Assembly: GCF_009914755.1 (NCBI RefSeq)
Contig: NC_060928.1
Source: the human T2T-CHM13v2.0 reference genome, Homo sapiens
Length of the DNA: 64,000 nt
Strand: one strand, 5' to 3'
Below are positions 54,633 through 64,000 of the stretch, piece by piece. Within the stretch, counting starts at the first letter, position 1; every line of letters starts with the position of its first letter. Position numbers and translations under genes: made by a program. The notes beneath the pieces were generated by a model. It did not search any database. It saw only the letters and a program-made list of their open reading frames with translations, and was not told where the DNA came from.

Positions 54633-54760
54633 AGAGGCAAACTTCATGCACATCCATCCGTAGGCAGTGTGACTTTGTCTCACAGGCCCTCACACTTAGA
54701 AGGGTTATTGCTTAGTTTAATGCTCTGCTGTCCCTGTTTTGAAATTCTTAATGATTTTTT
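54633..54760 (+). mobile_element. MER91-like hAT-Tip100 fragment
   Basis: cacaggccctcacacttagaaggg...gcttagtttaatgctctgctgtccctgttttgaaattcttaatgattttt. Confidence 0.7.
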
Positions 54761-55960
54761 CACGATCCCTTATGAAGCCATGGGCTGCCCCAACCCCAAG
54801 CTTGTTGCCACATGATGCTCCACCTGCTTGGAAGGTCACCATTTACATTTTCCCTTCCTGATAAACTCCTCACAGGTCATGGGTAACTCTCTGTAAAACT
54901 TTATCTCCCTTCTTAAGGCCAAGTTTGTTTCTCCACATATCCGTGTTCCCGTGACAACTCTTGCATCCCTCTAGAGGTGCACTGTTTATTCTGTACCATA
55001 TGTGCACACATGACTGCTATCTGTCCCAAGTATGAACTCTAAGCCAAAGAGTAGGCCTGCATTTATCTTTGTGTTTCTCTGGAATAGTGCCTGCTTCTTG
55101 GTAGGATTTCTTAAATGTACCATAATGAGAAAAGTTTCAATAAGCATGCACACTCAGCTCCAGCAAGACGAAGCTTCTTCTTGCCCTTGGTACACTTCTG
55201 TCTCTGCAGGAGCTATAATTCTCTGTTTTTTTTTGTTTTGTTTTTTTGTTTTAATAAATGTGGAACTCTTACTCTTCTTTTAACAGACAACTAAAAGGTC
55301 CTTTTTCTGAGAAGTTTTCTTTGAATGCAAAAGAAAGAAGGAATCACTTCCTCCTGTGTGGTCTCTCTGCACTTACCCCATTGTATTTTGAGTATTTGAA
55401 AATGTCTATTTCCCCCACTTGACTGAGAGATCCTTGAAGCTCATGTTTTATTCATCTTTGTATCCCAAGCTCTGGCACGGTACCCAGCACAAAAAAGCAG
55501 AATGAAACAAGCAAGCAGGAAAATGCAAAGGCAAAGAAACAAATCACACGGTTGCATAATCCCAAGATAATGATGTGATAGATGAAAATTCCAACTGAGC
55601 AATTCAGTTTTATTATCTGACATGTCATGAGTTGCTAAGTACCTTTTTCTTTATACTCCATCAGTTGAAAGAGAAATGGGGTCCTCTAAGCTAGTTGATT
55701 GTTAGCACAAACTAGAATTTGCTGGCCATACTAGTTTCATGAGTCCAGCTAGATAAGAATCCACATCTTTTGCCAAGTACAAAAGAGAAGTCTTATACTT
55801 TAAGGTAAACATATGGTTTCCTTAAAGGCTTACAGGCATACTGATTGCTATAGCTAACAAAATAAACAACAACAACAAATCAATCTTACTCTCTCCCCAG
55901 TGTGATTTCCAAACCCAACTGTTCACAGACCTTCTTTTTTTGCAACTTCTTTTCCTTCAG

Positions 55961-55969
55961 CTCATCTAG
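55961..55969 (+). other. Candidate 9-nt microexon CTCATCTAG
   Basis: A 30-nt pyrimidine-rich tract ending ttccttcag, UGC at 55941-55943, branch-like ttcac at 55922-55926, and donor TAG|GTAAGT directly after 9 nt. Confidence 0.5.
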
Positions 55970-57334
55970 GTAAGTTAGTTTGCCCTGGGATGCTCCCTTT
56001 AATCCTAGCTGATGCCATGTATGCAGCCCAAAGATTCTTCAGGCATCTACCTTTTTACATGGTGAAAACAAGAAAAATTGTTCTCTGTAGTCTTGGGTCC
56101 TGTTTTGTGATTTCATTTCCCATTTCACGCCATCACTTCTCCCAGTGGATTTACGTGACTTTAAGCTTCAGTGGCACTCAGAGGTGAATTAGAATCTGAC
56201 ATGAAATGCCCAGTGGATCCCTACTCTTGTGTTCCCCATGCACTGTCACCTCACTACATGTGACTCCCTTCCTTTGTCCTAGGTTCCTCCTCTTAAAGAA
56301 AAGTTGATTAGCCCAGAGCTCACCAAGCTATGTTTCAGAAGTTAGCATCTAAAAGCTCAGCTTTAGAATTGGCTGTGGCAGGTGCTGGGTAAAAATGGAG
56401 ATCCGCAGCATTATTTCAGACCAATGGACCGAGAATCTCTAGCACTGGGGCCCTGGAATATCCACCTCTAATAATCTCCAGGCAGATCTCTGTGCAGTGC
56501 TATCTAGGAGCCACTAAACAGGAATATCTCTAAATCTTCACATCTCTGCTACAAAGTTCTCTCTGACATGTGAACTGAATTCATTGATAAAATGATGTAC
56601 AGGTCTCCATGTAGGAACCCCGCTATTCATATTATTGTTTTGCATTTTACAATTCATACTGCTATCGTATAGATCACATTATTTTAAATATTTTGATCTT
56701 TGTGACAATCTTGAGAAGAAGAGAGGAAGGTCTAGACTCATCAGTCACTCTTGTAGAAAAATAAAGCCTTTGGGAGATTGAGCAATTTGATCAAAATCAC
56801 ACGGATCTAAGTTCAAACTCCAAGATCTTAATACAGTTGAAAGAGTGGATTGTAAGGGATCCAAGAAGAGGAAGTTCCATTGAACAAAAGAGTCTTGGAA
56901 GAATTGTATTTCATTTTCAGGCTGCCTCCCTGTCCACTGGTAGAGGAAGGTAGCAGCAAGGTTTGCCTCTGTGTGAGGGTTTGGGTGGTTTGCCAACACA
57001 TGGGTATGGAATCCAAATGAACACATACTTCATGCTCCAGGCATGTCTGAAAAATTAATACTAAAGACTGGTTGTGGATTGGTAAGTTCATATGTGCCAG
57101 GCCTTGGGTTAGGTGGTATGGGTACAGAGCTAAGGCCTCACAGCCAGGATTGTAATGCTTCTCAAACTGTGGCCTTTGCCCATGTGCATGAAAAATGCTG
57201 ATTCTTAGGTACTACCCTGACTGTAGAATATCTCGGAATGTTTCCCAAGAAATTGCATTTTCTATAACTCCATCTAGTGAGTCTATAACCTCTGTTACAG
57301 TGCGGAAAACAGAATATTATTAAAAATATCTGAA

Positions 57335-57735
57335 GCATTCACTCATTCATCAAATATTTTTTGAGCATTTATTATGTGCCAAGCCCTGTCCTGGAGGACA
57401 TCAAGGAATAAAACAATAAAAAAGTATTTTTTTTTTGCAGCTTACCTTTTCCTTGTGAAAGAAAGAGGAACAACATCAAATAATTAATAAAGAATAAAAT
57501 ATGTAATAATAATAAGTAAAATAAGTTCTACAGTATGTTAACAGTAAATAGGACAAGGAAAATAAAACAGAGAAAGAAGATAAAGGGGGCGGTGGTACAA
57601 AATTCGGTTTGAAATTTTAAATTGGGTTGCCTGCATGTGTTTTGTTGGGTTATTTGAGCAAATTCTGCAAAAAGTGAAGGACTGTTCCTGTAGATACCCA
57701 GGAGATGGCTAGAAGGGACAGCTGGTGTAAAGGTA
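57335..57735 (-). mobile_element. L2 3' end
   Basis: cattcactcattcatcaaatatttttttgagcatttattatgtgccaagccctgtcctgg. Confidence 0.75.
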
Positions 57736-57932
57736 TAACACCAGACCTCACTGTGAATTCAGAAGCATCACTTCATTAACTTCCCCCAATAATGCTATTT
57801 GGTAGGCACTCCCATTTCCATCCTCCAGGTAAGAAAACTGAGCTTGGGAAAGCTGAAACTTTTGCTCCATGCTATTCCACTGAAAAACTAGGTTAGAACA
57901 AAACAAATAATGCTTTCCCCAATTCACAATTT

Positions 57933-57952
57933 TGTGTGTGTGTGTGTGTGTG
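57933..57952. repeat. (TG)10 microsatellite
   Basis: Perfect TG run. Confidence 0.93.
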
Positions 57953-59170
57953 TTTGGTGATGGTTGAGGGGTCGGATGTTATTTATATTAAAAGGTTGAA
58001 GTCATTTCATTTTAAAAATTCAGAAGATGGAAACCCATTCTCTGTTAACGGGTGCCAACTAATTCCAATAATGATCCTTTACAAGCCTCTGCTTGCTACA
58101 GAGTGTTAACTGTTTAGTAGCAGTTGTTTTTAAACAGCCCATAACATTGCCATTACATGAATTATACATGGCTTATAAAATGATTATTTATTCAGTGGAA
58201 AATTAAATTCGTCAGTGTTTTCCAAATCTGAGCTAGGACATTCATCAGAAAAACTGTTAAATTTTTAATCAACTGTACTATGGTTGATGTAGCTATCAGC
58301 CTAAATTGCTCTTTCTCTGTCATTCCCCTTGTTGCAGAATATAGTGTAGAATTACCAGCTCTACAATGCTAATTGATTTTTTTCTTGCAAAGATTTAAGA
58401 CACAGCAGCATCCCATCTAACACTAAAATAAAAAAGTTGCATGAGCTTCAAGGCACATTTCACATACAATGAGTGGCAATTTAATATTTTAGGGTTTTAA
58501 AAAATGTCTTCCCTCTGATCTAATGCTTCAGACTGGAGCCCACCTCACTCTGATTTCACACTGAAAATATTCAGACCCAAACATTAAAATTAGGAAATTA
58601 TATAATGTGTTAAAAGATGGTAAGTTTAATGAAAAAAAATATTGTATAGAGGGGGTTTCTACCTGTACATCAATAACACAGCATAATGAAAGAGTGGATT
58701 CCCCAGGTGCACAAGAGTGACTCAAACTCCATGTGAATAGTTAACTCACTGGGTATTTCCTGCAGACATTCAGTGATTTAGACATTTCTCACTTTCTTTA
58801 TATATCTATTCTGTTCAGTGTACAATCTTCTGAGACAACGAGGGAAAATCTTATACTTTTCTTCAAGGAAATTCATTTATTTGTTAGTATAGCCTTTTAA
58901 ACTTAAGTTTGCATCTCTTTAACCAAGTATGTTTTCAGGTGGACACAGGCAGGGAACACAGGCAGGGACACAGGCCTGAGAACACTTCTTGACCCACATC
59001 TCTGTGTCACTAGCACAGCTGGTAAGGGGAATAAAAAATCCATCGTCTATCTTTGCCCCGACACACCACAGCTCATCCCCCTACAGCACACTGTGGGTTT
59101 CTGTACATTTCCAACCCATTCTGGATTTCTCAGGCAGGATTTACCATTAGCAAGGACAGGCTTATCTAGA

Positions 59171-59338
59171 CTGGTGTTTTTCACACTCAGACATGCACGC
59201 AACTCATCTGAGAAATCTTATTAAAATGTAGATTCTGGTTTAATTGTTCCAGAGTCCAGCCTGAGATTCTGCATTTCTAATGTACTCCTAGCTTATGCCA
59301 ATGTTGCTGTTTGGTGAGCCACATTTTGAGGAGCAAGG
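59171..59338. mobile_element. MER5A/MER5A1 hAT-Charlie
   Basis: cttattaaaatgtagattctggttt...gcctgagattctgcatttctaa...ccacattttgaggagcaagg. Confidence 0.85.
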
Positions 59339-60169
59339 ATCTTCAACAAACTTCTGGAATGGAGCTATTGATGATGGTATCAGTCCTGGGACCACAGACT
59401 AGGTTTAGATTACTATTGCATACATGGGATAGATATTGATTCCATGAGGTATGTTTCAGTATGGATTCCAGTAGACTGAGCAAGTGCCCAGAATGGGCCC
59501 TGAGAGAGGGTGTTAGGGTGAGGTTGGGGTGGGGATAGGTAAGCGAAATTAGAGACTTCTGCACTCTCTTCTTGATGGGGCTCTGACTGAGCTCAGGAAG
59601 AAAGGCAGAACTGATTATCATTACTGCTTTTCCTTCCCATGTACTCTGGTTTGGGGCCCCATCCACCTGGAGGAAGCAGTGCCTTTTGCTTATTAGCACA
59701 GTGAGAGACATCCTATGGGAAAGAGATGCACCTGCTCCAGGCCCCTCACTGTCTGCTCCTGACTTTTTAGACCCCACCACAATCTGGAGATAAACTGTTA
59801 CTGTTTCCTACACACACTGTGTACTTAAGAGATGTCTGTACATTTGCAATCACTGTCCCCTCTAACTAAAGCACCCTTCATCTTTTCTCTGCCTGATGAA
59901 GTCCTATTGAACTTTCTAGAAAGATCTCAAATGAGAGGCACAACCTGTTCCCTTCCTGGACACTGCCCACCCAGGCAGAAGTAACACTCCTACTGCCCTG
60001 GTGTTACCGTGGCAGCCCATTTATGGTTCTTCCTGCTTCTGTACTCAGTCCCTCCCCATCTTGTAATCAATTCTGAATCCTAAAACTCGTAAATAATATA
60101 AAACTCCTCCACTTAACATCTCTACCCTGCCAGTGGCCACTCAAATACCTTCATAAAAGCCAAACTCAC

Positions 60170-60481
<312 letters not shown>

Positions 60482-60494
60482 GCCAATCTCCCTA

Positions 60495-60985
60495 TCCTGG
60501 TCTACAGCGCCCACGCAACATGGCCCTGCCTGATTTGGGGATTTCTTTCCCTACTGTATTCCCCTTCCTCACCCAGGCTCTAGTCCCACCAGCCTTCCAC
60601 CTGAACTTGGAAGCAGATTAGCTTGTTTTCACTTAAGCCGTGAGCTGTTTCCTCTGCCTAGAATGTTCTTCCCAAAGAGCCTCACTTGCCAGACCTCTTC
60701 TCATTCCGGTCTCAGCTCATTCCTCCAAACTGAAAGTCCAAGCAGCCACAGGGCTCTCTCCATGTATTGTCCCATCTCGCCAGCTTCATTATTACCTGCC
60801 ATTTTCTTCTTTATCATATGTCCTCTTCTACCATAATTACTAGTCCAGAGAGAGAGACAGAGACAGAGACAGACAGAAACAAAAAAAATGCTGCCTCCTC
60901 TGTGGAATGCTATGTTCCCAGAGCCTAAAGCCAGGTGTGGCATTTGGAAGGCTTCTTGTAATATTGGTTGGATAGATGAATATTG
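60495..60985 (+). mobile_element. L2 3' region with internal (GA/GACA)n
   Basis: gctgtttcctctgcctagaatgttcttccc...ttcccagagcctaaagccaggtgtggcatttggaagg...ttggatagatgaa. Confidence 0.7.
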
Positions 60986-61019
60986 AAAGAATTTAACAAA
61001 ATGATCCTCCCTTTAGAGA

Positions 61020-61230
61020 AACAGATCTGGGATAGAGAGCCAGTTCTGTCACTTACTAGCTATTTACCTTCCCTAAGCCTCAGTTTTCTCATTTGTAAGA
61101 TGGGAATAATAAATCCCACTATCTGGAGCTGTTTCTGAGAAACAAAATCAGATAATGCACATAACATGTTTAGCACAGCATGCTCTAAGGAGCAAGCTCA
61201 GTAAATAGACCTGTGATTTTCATTATCATT
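61020..61230 (+). mobile_element. MIR (MIRb-like)
   Basis: ctgtcacttactagct...aagcctcagttttctcatttgtaagatgggaataataa...gataatgcacataacatgtttagcacag. Confidence 0.85.
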
Positions 61231-64000
61231 ATCCACTCCTTTATTTACACATGAGGGGCAGTGGGCGTTGAGAGGAGGTGGAAAGAGTGGGTTGTGAGGG
61301 CTCATGCCTAGGAGCCAACATGGGAAACATGGCCTTCTCCCAGGCTGCAGGAGATATCACAAATCAGAGAATGTTATTTAGAGAATCAGCTGAAAGTTAC
61401 TAGTTATCTGATTAATGGCAATCCCACAAAGGGCTTCTATTCCAGGATGGTGGGTTTAAGTGTATCTGGACTCAAGGGGAAGATTCTAACCTGCTGCTCT
61501 CTGAATGGTGAGATATTTAAAATGGGATGTGTGGATTGGGGAGGTAATTATGTGTGTGGCAAACATATGGCAGAGGCTATATTTCTCCTGCTGAAAGAAA
61601 CAAGTCCAAATATGTAACACACACACATTTTCTCTCCTATAAATACACAGATTGGAGGATGCCGTGGCAACATTTTGTTAAGTACCACAGTCCCAGAGAA
61701 ATCACTGGAAGCATGTTATCGGAGGAACAGATGGTCGGTGTCCCTCCTGGTCTAAAGGTATTTCTGGCTGTCATGTGGGTATTCTATAAATAAACCCCAC
61801 TGAGAGGCAATGGAAGATAAGCAATCAGCTGCACACTCCAACTTTACAAAAAAAAAAAGTACTGGAAAAAAATTAAAGGCCGACTAGTTTTAAGATGATT
61901 CTAGCATCGAACATTAGGGCTAGAAAGGGTCTTGGAAAACCATCAAGACAATCTGCTCCTTCTAGGTGATACCTCATTTGATTAGGTTCAATTTGACTTT
62001 TAAAGACCTTCAGAGGCTGACACCAAAATTCAATCATGACATCTGTCAATTGTTCAAACACATTGTGTGGATTCTGCCCATCTGGATCCTAATTCCTTTA
62101 GCTGCTTCCTCCCATTGCCCCCCTCAACTCTGGACTTGTTCCTGTTCTGGGTTCGAATTTCAGGTAACCCAAAGTCAGTGTTTCTGATGATCCTTCTCTG
62201 ACCTCAGGAGGGGACCCACGAAGAGAGATGATGTTAACTCAGTGACAACTAACCCCCTGGTCGATTTGTATGCAATATGCTTCTTATTTTTTTCCCTCAC
62301 AACTGTACTATGAGGCATGTTTTATTATTCTGATATTATGGATGAGGACTTGAAGTTCAAGATATTTGCTGTTCAACCAAGATCACACAGCTAGTCATTG
62401 GAAATGAGATGGGGGCTGTGCCCCAGGTTCTCTACCTCCTTGTCACTGCATCAGAGCTGTGCAACATTCTTATCCTTTCTAATTTCTGATGCTTTATTGC
62501 TCCATAGAAGGCTTCTTCCTGAAACTGAAGGGACAGCTATTTATTCTCTAAAGCACAACATGAAACTTGCCCATACGTGAACAAGGAACTGCTGTAGAAT
62601 GAGAATCTCTATGTCTTTCCATTTATTCATCTATTTATTCATTTACTCATTCATTCATTTTTAAAAATTTTCAATAGGACAATGAGAATGAAGGACCTAT
62701 TGGATACTTGCTGAAGTCAGAAACCTCTTCCCATCATGTCCCTATTACTAACTATGTCTACTCCTATTTACTTATTTCAGCTTTCTGAACCATAGTTTCC
62801 AGGTCTGTAAAAAAGTAGGAAAATCACCTGCCTGAGAGGGTGGTTGTGATGATGACAAAGGACTGTCTGTGAAGTGCTTAGTGAAATGCCAGGCTCTTCA
62901 GTCAACATCAATACTCCTTCCCTTTGGGTGAAGAATAAAGTAGAGTGAGGGCTCTTCTCATACTTGCCACGACAGCTCCTTCAATATGGGAAAAAAGTGT
63001 GTCTTTTCTCCAAATTCCTGGAGACATTTTTTATAGTTTAAGCACTGTTGCTAATTCATTTATGTATGCTCAGAACCTAGAATGGAAATGGAGCTTGTCC
63101 AAAGGAAACGCATAATAGGTCTTTGTCAAACACTCATATTGAAAATGGAACCTAAAAACAAAATAACTATGTTTGAAAACAATTATACTCATTTTACTTC
63201 TTACAAAATAGACTTTTCTTCACACCTGAGAAATAGCTACTTTCAAAGTGAAACTTTCATATCAGATTTTTAGCTTGTGATGGAAATAGTCTCAGAAATT
63301 TCTGAAGAAATCTAGGGTATTCAAGCTGCTAGAATTTTTGTTTTTATTTTTAACATTCTTTGTTCTTACGTTCAAGGAATAATTAAAATCTCTAACTTGA
63401 AGAATCTCAGTAAAATACTTTTAATTTTGTATTTAATTTTAGAAATAGTTTCTTAAGATTATTTTGTAACTTGAGTTTTGGGAAATAAAACAACCCTATA
63501 TAAATAAGAATGCACTGGGGACTTTTAAAAGTCTTTGAAGATTATTGCATTACTGTGTTACTTACAACTATGATTTACCTTATTTGGAAAGCATTTCCAT
63601 CAATAGAAAAAATAACATCATATTGAAAAATTATGCTAGAATTTGATAAGTAGAGACAGTTCTTTTGGAATGCTTTTGGTTACCAACTTAGTTTTTGAAA
63701 ATATATTTCTGAAATATTAACTATATCTTTTTATTTACTTTGTGCATAGTTCTTTGGCCCTGCCATTCAGATTTCTGGAGTAACATGGACTCTGTGAGGA
63801 GAAAAATACTAGAATCCCATCAGAGAAAAAAGTGTCACAGTCCCAGTGGATGAAGCCCCTGTACAGACGGCAGTAGTCCTGGCCCTGTCATAGAGTCACT
63901 GGACAACTTGAGCCGAGATATTTGAGCTCTCTGAGCCTTGGTTTCCCCATATGTAAATGTTAAGCTGGACAAGTAATTCCTAAATTTTTCTCTAACACAC

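Overview
Primate genomic DNA, probably hominoid or human given the AluS and L1PA3/4-like elements. It is AT-rich, has no CpG island, and reads as intronic or intergenic sequence. It is dominated by MIR, L2, MaLR/ERVL/ERV1 solo LTRs, truncated L1s, four Alus and small DNA transposons. I found no intact protein-coding gene, RNA gene, CRISPR array or prokaryote-type system; most ORFs are chance frames or repeat-derived. The best leads are on the + strand: a 9-nt microexon candidate with an upstream UGC motif (55961-55969), a cryptic-exon candidate followed by a UG-rich tract (19110-19172), several well-bounded exon candidates and AG|GT recursive-splice-like sites. Together these suggest the window may lie in long introns of a + strand gene. 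Also notable are an unexplained ~650 bp coding-like insert (31936-32590), two nested transposon stacks and several perfect hairpins. Repeat subfamily names come from recalled consensus sequences and were not checked by a search; boundaries are approximate unless target-site duplications (TSDs) are given.
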